Positions 11,021 to 23,018 of a DNA stretch of 39,874 nucleotides are shown here, one piece after another (positions within the stretch are counted from its first letter, which is position 1; every line of letters starts with the position of its first letter). Source of the stretch: Octopus bimaculoides (taxonomy: Eukaryota). The stretch covers positions 87,566,702 through 87,606,575 of the forward strand of contig NC_068985.1 in assembly GCF_001194135.2 (NCBI RefSeq). The letters are read 5' to 3'. The notes under the pieces were generated by a model. The model was not told where the DNA came from, searched no databases, and saw only the letters and a program-made list of their open reading frames with translations. The translations under genes were made by a program, and so were the position numbers.

Positions 11021-11140
11021 TTTTATTGTCTACTTTTCCATGCTTGCATATAGATTCAGTTGAGGCAAATTTTCTATGGCAGAAACGGCCTTTCTTGTCA
11101 TCAAAATTCATCTGTTCTCGAGCCAGGCAATATTTCCTCA
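11021..11140 (-). mobile_element. RTE-like 3' tail variant
   Basis: Reverse complement gatgacaagaaaggccgtttctgccatagaaaatttgcctcaac...atgcaagcatggaaaagtagacaataaaatgacgatg; homologous to 35041-35185. Confidence 0.55.
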
Positions 11141-11384
11141 TGGCCAGGCATAACAAGGATTCTTGTTCACAACTATCACAAGATGCCAAATAAAAGACAA
11201 ACAAATACACACAGACACACACACACATGCACATGTACACTGATGCATGTGTGCCTGTGTGTATATACATTTACAGTCACATACACATGTATATTTCTTG
11301 TATTTATTTCCGCCACATGGCTGCAGTCATACTGAAACACTATGTGTATGTATATGCATATGTGTGTATATATATGCATAAGCA

Positions 11385-12020
11385 CCCTGAGAGAAAAGTT
11401 GGACATAAGAAACTTCAGATGTGGTGTGCAAGAGAGACGACTGTGCTGGTATGGTCATGAGTTGCATAAGGATGAGGACAGCTGTGTTAAAAAGTGTCAC
11501 ACCCTAGCAGTAGAGGGACCCTGTAGAAGAGGTAGACCCAGGCAGACCTGGAATGAGATGATGAAGCCTGACTTTCGAACATTGCACCTCATGGAGGCGA
11601 TGACGAGTGACTGAGACCTTTGGAGATATGCTGTGCTTGAGAAGACCCAGCAAGCCAAGTGAGACCATAACCATGTCGTAATCCAGTGCAGCATAACCAG
11701 CCCATTTAAGAGTACCCTTCAATCATGGGGCAATAAACTGTGATTGTGGAGACCTGTTGAGTCAAGTGAAGTAATTGTCGTGGCTGATGCCAGTACTGCC
11801 TGACTGGCACCCATACTCGAGGCACATAAAAAGCACTGACTGGCTCTCGTGCCAGCGGCACGTAAAAAGCACCCACTACACTCTCGGAGTGGTTGGCGTT
11901 AGGAAAGGCATCCAGCTATAGAAGCCTGGTGCAGTCTCCCGGCTTGCCAGTTCTCAGTGAAACCATCCAACCCATGCCAGCATAGAAAGCAGACGTTAAA
12001 CGACGAAGATGATGATGATG
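11385..12020 (+). mobile_element. RTE-clade LINE 3' end (ORF2 C-terminus and 3' UTR)
   Basis: LREKLDIRNFRCGVQERRLCWYGHELHKDEDSCVKKCHTLAVEGPCRRGRPRQTWNEMMKPD...*DLWRYAV matches the RTE C-terminal pattern RLxWxGH...GxRxRGRPRxTW...DRxxWR; ends in a (GAT)n tail. Confidence 0.9.
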
Positions 12021-12044
12021 TATATTCCCATAATACAGCACCAG

Positions 12045-12190
12045 CTTCTTCAGGTTTCTTTCAGTATCTGCCTGCCAAATCCATTGATAAGGCTTTGATT
12101 GGCCCACATCTATAGTTGAGTTGACAACTTGTTTGACCCAAGGTGTCACACAGAACTAAATGTGACGGCATGAGGTCAAGGAGCCATGTT
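12045..12190 (-). mobile_element. SINE family A, degenerate
   Basis: ttctttcagtatctgcctgccaaatccattgataaggctttgattggccc...gacccaaggtgtcacacag. Confidence 0.6.
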
Positions 12191-12257
12191 AGAAATGAAA
12201 ACGTCTTCTTTGCCATGTCTGCACCAAGAACCTGAAGAAGAAAACCCAAAAGTACTG

Positions 12258-12352
12258 ATTTCAAATTTTGGTACAAGGCCAGCAATTTCAGGAGAGGGGA
12301 AAGTCAATTACATTGACCTTAGTGCTCGACCTGTTCTTATTTTATTAACCCT
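12258..12352 (-). mobile_element. SINE family B, 3' fragment
   Basis: tttcaaattttggtacaaggccagcaatttcaggagagggg...tacattgaccttagtgctcgac. Confidence 0.6.
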
Positions 12353-12381
12353 ATCATTTTCATCTTTTAACGTATCAACAT

Positions 12382-12400
12382 GATGAGAATAATGATGATA

Positions 12401-12437
<37 letters not shown>

Positions 12438-12563
12438 GGATGATGATGATGACAATGACAAGGAGGAAGATGAGAAGGAGAAAGGGGAGGCGGGGTGATT
12501 GTGATGATGATGATAATAATGATGCTGCTGATGTTGCTGCTGCTGATGATGATAGTGATGACC

Positions 12564-12597
<34 letters not shown>

Positions 12598-12712
12598 TGA
12601 TGATGATGATGATGCTAATGATGACGATGCTACTGCTGCTGCTGATGATGATAATGATGGCGGTCCTGCTAATGAGGTTGATGATGATAACAATGATGAT
12701 GACGATATTAAA
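12382..12712. repeat. Compound (GAT)/(GAC)/(GCT)/(GGA) trinucleotide array
   Basis: Direct inspection; source of several poly-amino-acid ORFs in the track. Confidence 0.95.
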
Positions 12713-12961
12713 AATGCTTCCCTCGTGGAAATGCTTCGAAAGTGGAAAAAGAGGCTGTCCGTTTTTTTTTTTTTGTTTTTCCCCGATTCTAATCCTCAAT
12801 TTCATGTTTACTCTTTACTCACCGATTCTGGGGCAGTTTTTTTTAAGCAGCACAAATGGCAAAAGAAAACTTTGTTTTCTTTTACCATTTCATATGAAAT
12901 GTTTTATTAGTTCGACTGCATTGAAATCAATGGTTTCAGACGACATTTTTCCTCCATTTTT

Positions 12962-12999
12962 TTTTATTATTGTTGTCGTTGTTGTTGTTATTATCATTA

Positions 13000-13084
<85 letters not shown>

Positions 13085-13092
13085 CATCATCA
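12962..13092. repeat. (TTA)n microsatellite
   Basis: Direct inspection. Confidence 0.95.
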
Positions 13093-14867
13093 TTATGTTT
13101 TTGTTCTTTTTCTTGGCTCCCATACATAAATATGGTTAAAGATGTTTTGTTCTAGTCACACTGATTAATATCGCTGGTGTATTCGTATGAAAATTCCTGA
13201 TTGTTTATAATAAATGGTCCATTCTTGTCGAATACTTAAAATGTATTGAACAAAATGTTGCCAGAAGATTTAACAGACTCTAGCCACAGTTGTTTGATGT
13301 TGCTAATCTCAAACAATATTGAAAATTGCATGATTGAATAGACTTTCTGCTGTGCTAACTTTATTGACCAATATAAATTAAACTATGCTGACGAACAAAG
13401 TGAGTAATTTATATTTTATATTTTTGACAAATCAATTTGCATATATTATAGCCGTAATTTTAATATTAGTCTCGTTTCTAATTGAACTCATTTAGTGATA
13501 TTGTGTAAACTGAACTGTTTTAGGAAAGTGGGGGAGATTGAAGTATTGTTCACAACTATTGTCGGATAAAAGCACTCGTTTGGCTATCAATTAAGATATT
13601 CTTTTCATTAAATACGGAAAGTTAGAGGCAAGCAGGAATGTTTATTCATGTGTATGAATTATTCCAACTTCTTCCAGCTTACAAAATTCTTCCGCCATAA
13701 TACCATTTTTAAAAAACTATTCAGGAAAATAAACTCTGATCCAGTGTAAGAGGTTGTTTTGATGGTGATTACAAATTACCATTGGCTGCAATACAACTCA
13801 TAACATAATCAAAACATATGCTAATTAAGTTAAGTTGGGTAAATTTTGAACTGACAGAATCAGAAAGCACATTAGCTAAGATATCAATTACCAAACCCAA
13901 ACCAGGAATCTATCTAAGAAGTAAACAATTGATTTATCCATAGAAGCAACAATTTATTTCTTGTTAGATGAAGGCAAGTGCTATTATTTTACTCTGGGGA
14001 CGTTTAGACGTGAACAAGACAAAACACATTTTCTCATCTCATCACACTTCTTCTACACAATATTTTCGTTTTTAGAACTGCTGCCTCTCTTGAGAGCTAT
14101 TTTCAATCTCTTTTCTAATGTTTCTTTCTGCTAACTCTAGTTTCGAACAGACACAAATTCAAGCTAAATATGGCGAATGTTATACAGCAAACAATTAAGT
14201 TCCTGGCATGCTGAGACTAACAAACAGACTACAAATCTTCCTTTGTGACTATTTCACTGCATTTCTCTCTCTTACGATGTGACCTTCGACTTATTATCAT
14301 CTTGAGGAATATATTAATGAGGACAAACCGCTTACTTTCATGCCTCACCCCCACCAAACAAACATTTTATTGCTAATCAAAAACAGAAAATAAAACACAG
14401 AAATAAAACACTGACAACAAACCTTACAAAAACATGACGTGGCCTTGAGGGATCCTCTTCGTTGTCGTTCAATCTGCTAGAAGCAGCAGCTATCTTTCCC
14501 TCAAATTACATCTTATTGACTTAAATGAGGGAGAAAAAATATCAAGAATGGTAAGCTTGCATTATCAGAAAAAAAGGCATCATGGTTGGTGTGAGTTTTT
14601 TTTTTATTCTAAGTTCACTAAAATAGGGGGTTGACCTCAAGCTAAACAACAATGACCTCACAAAGTCATTCTGGTAATACAGGTTAGGAGAGCTTTCTGA
14701 AGTTTTATATAGTCTATAAAAAGTTTCCTAGTTTTAATCACATCGTTGGAAATGAATATTTTAAACATAAAGGTGCAGCGGTGGTTGTGTGCTCTGCTTT
14801 GGCTCATTATCTCATACTTTTACCTTCCAAGCATAAAGCTTCTTTCCTTGAGGTTCATAGTCTTTCA

Positions 14868-15040
14868 AGTTACTGGTGCTGGTGGCATAAAAAATGCATC
14901 TATTGCATGGTATTGGCAAGTGTATCCGGGTTGGAAACCTTGCCAAAGCGAACATTGGAATGTGATGCAGTCCTTGGATCTATCAGATTCTGTCGACCCG
15001 TGCCAACATGAAACATTAAATGATGATGATGATGATAATG
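14868..15040 (+). mobile_element. RTE-type 3' tail fragment ending in (GAT)n
   Basis: ggtgctggtggcataaaaaatgcatc...gaaaccttgccaaagc...gatgcagtcc...cccgtgccaacatgaaacattaaatgatgat. Confidence 0.6.
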
Positions 15041-15041
15041 A

Positions 15042-15043
<2 letters not shown>

Positions 15044-15108
<65 letters not shown>

Positions 15109-15295
15109 TAACATCGAAACATACCTTAGGAATAGGAACCCAGGTTCGAAATTTCTCCAAGACACCTAATGAAGCTTGGAGAGTATATCAGCCGAAACGT
15201 TGTGTTAACAACAAAGATGAGGACAAATATCCGTCAAATGTAAATAATGTAAATAATGTACATAATTCCTCATCTCTTAAATATAGAATTGAACA
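15044..15295 (+). mobile_element. (AAT)n-led repeat carrying a hammerhead-like motif, probably a Penelope-like terminal repeat derivative
   Basis: (AAT)n, then acatcgaaacataccttaggaataggaacccaggttcgaaatttctccaagacac, the hammerhead-like core, and a tandem aatgtaaat repeat near the end. Penelope assignment is inference. Confidence 0.55.
15161..15206 (+). ncRNA. Degenerate minimal type-I hammerhead ribozyme
   Basis: Stem I GACAC(15161-65)/GTGTT(15202-06); core CTAATGA (G5 is A); stem II GCT...AGC; GAAA 15194-97; palindromic ACGT stem III; UH at 15200-15201. Confidence 0.6.
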
Positions 15296-15467
15296 CTCCA
15301 AAATGTTAGCACCTCACAATCTGGGTAGGTGGTGCTGTGAGCAGATCTAGGTGTATACACATCATGTGTCAACAAACGCGATATATTCTCTGTGACAAAA
15401 CGCAATGAGTAGCTTTTTCCCCAGTTGCAGCATATTCGGACTGATAAAAACATTGTAATTTCACTTA

Positions 15468-15477
15468 NNNNNNNNNN
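15468..15477. other. 10-N assembly gap
   Basis: Run of N. Confidence 1.
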
Positions 15478-16064
15478 CCCACTCTGTAACGTATGATCTA
15501 AAGCCGAACACTCTAACTTCTAGGTCACAAACCTTCGCAAACCTGTAGAATATGATTATTGCATTAACAATAAGTCAGATATTTCGATATTTAAGTATTT
15601 AAAGAGAATTACAAATTTATATAAGAACGCAAGTTGTTGTTGTTGTTCCTTGTGCCATTAAGACGTTATGTCTGACCCCCCGCCAACTCTCTCCTTTTTC
15701 CTATTCTCCTGGTTTCGTCATATATTCTGAGATATTTTACTTTCCATTATTCAATGTTTAACAAGCTCATACGTCGAGGAGTTTACTTCATTACAACTCT
15801 CTCCAGATAGAAATGCCAACGCAACCATCTCCTCACTGGTTCCTAAACGTCCATTAGAGTTCTGCGAAAGCAATAATATCTCTGTCTAAAGTCTACAAGG
15901 ATTTTAAATATTGTTCTACTGTGGAGTGGAATGCCATTTATCATTTCATCAGCAACACAAAACCTGGCAGATCATGATGACAAACAATCTCTTTAGCTCA
16001 AGCTATATTTCTGAATACCGTCATTTGCATTCTTCACAGCTGCTCTTCTTGTCGTTATTGTTAA

Positions 16065-16237
<173 letters not shown>

Positions 16238-16242
16238 TTGAA

Positions 16243-16457
16243 AGCAGAGAGCAAGCAGAAGTATTCGCATGCTAGGTAAAATGCTTAGTAACTTTTCATC
16301 CGTTTTTACGTTCTGAGTTCAAATTCCACTGTGGTCGACATTGTTTTGCATCCTTCTCGAGGTCAATAAACTAAATACCAGTTTTAACGCTGAGGTCGAT
16401 GTAATCGATTTACCCCCATTCCCCGAAATTGCTGGCCTTGGGCCAAAATTAGAAACC
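16243..16457 (+). mobile_element. SINE family B copy
   Basis: ttacgttctgagttcaaattccactgtggtcgac...catccttctcgaggtcaataaactaaataccag...gtcgatgtaatcgat...ggccttgggccaaaattagaaacc. Confidence 0.8.
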
Positions 16458-16808
16458 ATTATTATTTATTAATATTATTATTGCAACAGAAAGCTTTCGA
16501 AACATTTGTAGACTGATATTGAGATCGAAGGAGACTATCAAGTGGAAACACAGAGCGTCTATCCATTCCTAGTGACAGGTGGTACAAGCTGGCAGGTGAT
16601 CGGTGTATCTGGAGAAATTGCATTAATGCAGTCAGTCACAGGCATTGATACGGGCTAGATGGTTGAGTGTGTGTGCGTATGTATATAGGCATCTCAATAT
16701 TCCAGGTTATTTTAATTATCATTATCAGACAAACATCGAAACTGATATCCAATACAAACTGACAAACTGAACAACATGTGGTATTTGCTTCCAGTCATCC
16801 AAGACAAA

Positions 16809-17210
16809 CTTACTGTTTAATCGACTCAGAAGAATACAATCAATTGCTTTGAATTTTGAAATTTGGAAACAAAACTCCAAGAAATGAGACGATTACTATT
16901 TGGAAACAGTATCCAAACAAAATTTATTGATGATGGAATTGGATGTGCCAAAGAATTACCTTACTGGGAAGCAGGTGACGATTGGCAACAGGAAGTGCAT
17001 CAAACGGAAGAAAATCTATCTTAGCAAATTCTATCTGATTCATGAAAAAATGAGCATCAAGAATTACGAGGAACAAAACCAATCCAGACATGTCCACTAT
17101 TATAATCAAACAACCCAAGAAATTCAGGAGCAGACATTTCTCATGAAAACTTCCTAATATTGAAACAAAACTTAAAAGTGGAAAACGCATACAAAGTAAG
17201 GAAAAGAAAA
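16809..17210 (+). pseudogene. Penelope-like RT C-terminal/linker remnant
   Basis: FNRLRRIQSIALN, frameshift, LETKLQEMRRLLFGNSIQTKFIDDGIGCAKELP ... CPLL*SNNPRNSG...ENFLILKQN resembles PLE motifs (ARRIxxI...LxELxxxL...I..A..LP...PFxxTxNPxN...NxxIL); several stops. Family assignment is from memory. Confidence 0.45.
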
Positions 17211-18307
17211 AGAGAGCAATAATCCTTAACAAAAATTACCAGTGCCAAATTCTTCCCGAAAAACACAATACCGATATCCAAATGTATGAAGGTGTAGTGG
17301 GAATATATATTCAGTACCAGGTGTTGATATGGCTGCGTGTATATTATTACAAGAATTCATAGAGAGATGAAAAAAAAATTCAAGAACTATATATTTACTG
17401 CATAAAAAATATATTTTATTTCCTGGTCGGTGATGATACATAATCAAAATGTATAATTTAGTTGAATGAAGTAATCTATGCAAGAAAGTTCAGAGATAGA
17501 AAATGTAGAAATAACAGCTAAGTGGTGGTTTTCAGTCATTTTGTGTAGAGAAATAGACAGACATAGAAATGATGTGAATGGCTCTAAGTCTAATTGACTA
17601 AGACGCAAAGAGAAAGGTTAGCAATCTGCTTTTATTAATGGAACGCTAGACATTCTAGAAACTTCCAAGAGAAATGCTAAGCTTCTTCAATAATTAAGAA
17701 TCACGTCTCATGACACAGTTGCTTCGAGAAACTTAGTAAAGGGAGGTTACTATATATTCTTTCTTGCAAGGGAGATCATTCAACTATTTAGCTACGTAGA
17801 CCACTACAAAGGCATTCACTGGAGAATCTGCATCAGTCTTAAAGAAGGCATCTTGTAAAAATTTAATTCAGGATATATGTTACATGACATGAAATAAATC
17901 ACTTTACCTTCCGTTAAAATTTCAGTTGATGAGATTAAATATAATATATGCTATGAAGAATAGGTAAGAGAAAAGAAACTTTTCTTGAGAAACATAGTGA
18001 CTAGTCATCGCCAGAAAATGCAAAACTCCAAAGATCAAAGACAAATGAAGAAAAACTATTAAAAAGTACAAACCGTGACTGAAAAGTTTATAATTTATAA
18101 CAACCTCTCGAGAAGATGCACTAACCAATAACGTAATCACCAACGTTGCACCATTTTTCTTACAAGCAAACATATTGACGATGCACACCTATACAAATAT
18201 ATAACCTAATGTAATTCGAACACAGACAATCTATTTTTCTATATTTTGCTATTCTGAAAATCTGTTATTCACACTGCTGTATGACACATTCACAGGAATA
18301 AACTTAC

Positions 18308-18377
18308 TTTCGCCTGACCTCATGACTATCTTGAACCAAACAAACTGTGCTTTAATGATTGTAAATTTCAAACTCCA
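18308..18377 (-). other. Candidate 70-nt exon
   Basis: Acceptor tctcatttttaAG, donor GAAA|GTAAGT; one open frame WSLKFTIIKAQFVWFKIVMRSGE. Splice signals only. Confidence 0.22.
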
Positions 18378-18645
18378 CTTAAAAATGAGACAGTTATGGT
18401 ATAGCTTCATGTTTCTCTATCTCATACTACTTTTGAAAATTATGTAATTGTGAAGGCAAATATATCAATGTAAGTCTTAAAGAACTCGAGTGCATTTTCA
18501 ACTTGAGTTCTTTGTACTTTTACTCTTGTAAATATATATTATCTTCTTGCACACATACATACACGTACAAACTCACACACATGTACAGAGAGGTAGAAAT
18601 ACAAACATACAAACAGATCGAAAAATAGATCGATAAAGATGCAGA

Positions 18646-18647
18646 TT

Positions 18648-18679
<32 letters not shown>

Positions 18680-18680
18680 T

Positions 18681-18711
<31 letters not shown>
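18646..18711. repeat. (GATA)n microsatellite
   Basis: Direct inspection. Confidence 0.95.
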
Positions 18712-18713
<2 letters not shown>

Positions 18714-19489
18714 CACACAGCTATATAGATATATAAACACTTATATGAGCATCAATGTGTGTGTATGTGTGTGTGTGTGTATTGTAATAGAGAAAATGAT
18801 GCGGACATTCAGTACTAAAATATTACACATATGTGTAAGCTGACAAAGAATTTTATCAAATACTCTGTATTTTTTGTATTTTCCTCATATCTTTAAGCAT
18901 TTCAAATAAGAATCTCGATAAGTTAAGTTGCCTATATAGCATGAAATTTGCAGCTGTATGTCTGCGACAATATTATTCATATCGGAAACATTTCCTGTGG
19001 CATTAAGGTGAAATTATGTACTGACATGGCCAATGCAAGTACATGTAGAAACTATTTCACAGTTTAACGATATTTCACAGTTTAACTATAACCCGGTTTA
19101 GCTATTATATAATAATTTCCCTTATCAGACAGACATAGTTATTACATTATATTATAATTTCCCATATCAGTTTATTTTTCATAGAATCACTTTGCTCATA
19201 CATTTGTTAACCCGGTGGGTATATTTCAAAAATCTACCAACAATACAGATATAAAAGCAACGAATATAACATAGGGAAGCTATTACCTATATTAAATATA
19301 CTTATTATATTCTCGTTCTCAGATGTCTTCCACTTCAGCTTTACTTATTTTATTGGTTGTTTTCTATTTAGTGGTGGCTCATAAAAATTACTCATTCAAC
19401 CAAATCGTGAGTACTTATTGGTTATACGTATGCATACATATGTGTGTATGTGTGCATGCGTGCTCACACACACACACACACACACACAG

Positions 19490-19529
<40 letters not shown>

Positions 19530-19879
19530 GCACAAATGTATATATATAATGTATATGTGAGAATGTCTATCTGTGTACTGGTGTGTGTGTGTATGCATAA
19601 TGAATCTGTACATATGTGTGTGTGTGACTGAGTTTCTATATATGCTTATATAAATATACACATCATCATCATCATCTTCATCACCAACAACCACAATGTT
19701 TAATGTGTGTTTTACTTATTTGCATGATTTGGCAAAGTTCATCAGGATCCGGCGTGTTGAAAATTCATCAGATTCTGATGTTTCTATAGCTAGAAAATCT
19801 TCCTAATCTTAACCATTTCATAGAGAGTACTGGGTGCTATTTTTTATTTGGTAGCTCCGGCGCCAGTGATATCACCTTT

Positions 19880-20290
19880 AAAGGAATAAGACTAAAGGCT
19901 TAATATGATCCCTATAAAAGATGAAGAATAGAAGAGAAAATCGGGATGGTATTAGGTTGGTGATGAGTAAGTGTAAAGTAAGACGAGTTGAACATATCAA
20001 TAGTTGAGAGCCTTGAGGGAGATAATGGAGTAGTAATATTGAATGAGGACGTGTAACAGGAAACAAGAAAAGGGAGGGGATTAGAGTTTGGCGTTGTTGA
20101 TAAAGGAAAGGACAGTGTTGGAAGGTTATAATATTATTGCTAAATAAAATGACATTTCCTGAGAAAAACCTAAAAGAAGAAATGTTGTAGGGAATGAGTA
20201 ATAATGGTACACCCTTCCCACGTGACGAATGGAATAACATAGTCACTGTAAGTAAAGAGAGTACGTAGCAGGCGGTCAGAGATAGTCGTG
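19880..20290 (-). pseudogene. Possible decayed CR1/L2-type AP endonuclease fragment
   Basis: Frame-shifting ISDRLLRTLFTYSDYVI / SSRGKGVPLLL resembles the APE motif (D..L..GY...R.DR..RGGGV); weak. Confidence 0.3.
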
Positions 20291-21557
20291 TCTTTACTTG
20301 TTTTACTAAGTATACTGGATACTGAAGTGAGCGTTATAGCAATGTGACATTTTAAGGATTATAACAAAAATGTTAAGTAAAACTATCGTCTCTTCGTATG
20401 AATAGAGAAATTCAGTTTTGTGAACGTTAAATAAATTACATTAAAGAAAATCTATTGAGGAAAAAATCAAATTAAGTTACAAAAAATTTTGATAAATGTC
20501 CTATATTCTAGAAAAAGACACATCATATTAAAAGTGAGAAATATAGAACGACGATTCGAAGACAAGGTTCTATACGATTACAAACGGAGCACTTGAAAGC
20601 TAATAAGTAGTTAAAAAACAATATGAGGAAGAGGTATTTTAGATTATGATCCAAGTATCGAATTAATCAATCTTGATTCAGATTAGTTAGGACAGGATTC
20701 CAAGCAATTTTCTTCATAGGAAGCAGAAGACTTAAAGTAACGTAATTCAGTTAAAGAAATTATCGGTCTGCCTTACGGTAAACTAATCGTTTAAGTTCTT
20801 TAGAAAAGTTAAGAATGTTCTACTCCAAAAATGTGAGCATCTAATTAGAAGTTCATTATACTTATTTCTTAAATTGGAATTACATTTATGAAGTTCAAGT
20901 GTTTCCTTTAGTCACAAATTACACCGAGAGTTTTCTCCACTATGCAAAGGAATGCTTCCTATCATTGACAAAGCAAGTTTAAATTATTTCCCCTCCAGTC
21001 TCTGTATAAAGTTGTTAAATACATAACCCCTGTATTTTTTACTCGATACATGTGAGACACTAACACTCACTTTCTACTGACTAGATATATTTGTTTCATT
21101 AAACATAGACCCAAACTTTTTTTATACGTTCATAATGAGAGCTAGTTGCTTTCTTTGCTTCTACCGTCCTTACGTGCAATTCCATTAACTACCTTAGGAA
21201 TATAGAAGACGGTTTCAATATCCGATCCCATCCAAAGCAGTATTGTAGTTTTCTTCATTCAGTTGCAAAATTTATTCTTGGCCGAGAGTTTAGAAATTCC
21301 AAGTGAAATACCCCTCTCGAAGTAATCATTGCTTTAGGATAGTTTGATTTTCAGTGAACGCATTGGAGATTGTTATTGGACTTATGGTACGAATGGTAAA
21401 GCTCTGTACCAATGTCTAGTGTCATGTCCCGAAAATTTCCAACTCTTCAGTCTTTCTCCAATAAGATTCAGAAACCTGAATTTTTGAGAAATTTACTATT
21501 TTTACTTATATCATTCCGAAGCTGGATTACTACATTTATACAGTGTAAAAAACGCGT

Positions 21558-21561
<4 letters not shown>

Positions 21562-21616
<55 letters not shown>
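21562..21616. repeat. (TA)n microsatellite
   Basis: Direct inspection. Confidence 0.95.
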
Positions 21617-21621
<5 letters not shown>

Positions 21622-21800
21622 TCTCTATCTTCAGGATTCATTGTTTATACAGTCTAATCAATTAATTCTCACGACATTAATTACTTGAGATGTGACTAGA
21701 ATCAATGGCTACGACAAAATTATCAGGTTTGCTTAGCTTAGTAGAATATTTCAAATTCTGCAGTAATTTTTCTAGCTGGCAGTATATATATATATATATG

Positions 21801-21857
<57 letters not shown>

Positions 21858-22639
21858 ATGGATGTACGCTTGTTTAATCCTATGGCGCAAGGTTTGGGAT
21901 GATTCTAGTCTTAGGATTAGGATCCATATTGTTTTTATACTTTTGATTTGATGTGTTTGACGTATGTTTTCTTGTTTGAAATGTTTTATAGAAGGTGGAG
22001 CGACATGTCTATTGATCCTTGTTCATTGATTAATTTATATGTTTGTAGTTATTGGTTATAATTATTTTCTATATTATGTATCGGTGATTCACTAAAGTGT
22101 GCCCGTTACCTTTAGTCTGTTTCTATTTTGTTTAATTGTTTTTGAGGTAGCAATATCATTTTAAGAAAGAGCTCTTTGTTTTCATTTCTATGATTTGCAG
22201 CGATAAGTTTCAAACCATTTTATTTGTAATAAATTACTTGTCGTAAAAACAGCTGTTCATACGTAATGGAAATATTATTTTCATCTTTCGCTCATGTTAC
22301 ATCTCTGTTAATATCTGGGCAGTTTTAAAGATTTTATCGCTGTGAACACTCCTTGATTGAATGGTACAACCCATGTGTCAAAACCAAAGTGATATCCGTT
22401 AGGTAGCTGATGATGGGAATATGTTTGTTGGCTGTGAATCGTTTGTCTTTGGGTCGCTTTCTTCAGAGTTGTCCTTCATTCCCATAAGTTTTTATGGAAA
22501 ATGGTAGTTTTGTTATTCGTCAACATTGATATTACACGATTGTCTTCATTGGTAGATTAATTATGCAAACATTATACTTAACTAACGATTTCTGGCTTTG
22601 GAGAATTTCCGGCATCTATCACTTAGCGTTATGTTTATA

Positions 22640-22674
22640 CACATACACATGCATGCATGTGTACATACATAGAC

Positions 22675-22712
<38 letters not shown>

Positions 22713-22729
22713 ACACATACACACACACT

Positions 22730-22766
<37 letters not shown>

Positions 22767-22768
22767 TA
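22640..22768. repeat. (CA)n/(TA)n microsatellite
   Basis: Direct inspection. Confidence 0.95.
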
Positions 22769-22981
22769 ATAATAATAAAGGAGTTACGACGCAAAAACGT
22801 ATACATTCAAAAGAACATATTTATCTTCTTCAATATATATTTCAGGATAAAAAATTCATTAAGATGCTTAAATCAAGGTTTCCTTACACATCATTCAGGA
22901 ACAGATATAACATCAGAAAAAATATACTCCGTTTAAAAACACAAACCGTTCATGGCGAAACATGTGTGTGTATGTGTGTGC

Positions 22982-23018
<37 letters not shown>

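Noticed and set aside
12308-13155. Long ORFs with poly-D, poly-M, poly-I, poly-N and poly-L runs
   Set aside because: They are translations of trinucleotide microsatellites, open on several frames and both strands, with no splice or domain evidence.
19050-19225. Short direct repeats (tatttcacagtttaac x2) and a TTAACCC piggyBac-like end
   Set aside because: Local slippage duplications; no matching second end or TSD found.
21330-21480. Integrase-like peptide DTRHWYRALPFV on the minus strand
   Set aside because: One short motif followed by stops; not enough to call.
21870-22430. Possible Penelope GIY-YIG end on the minus strand (WIL / LAP / GLN)
   Set aside because: The motif pieces need three different frames within a few codons; too weak without an alignment.
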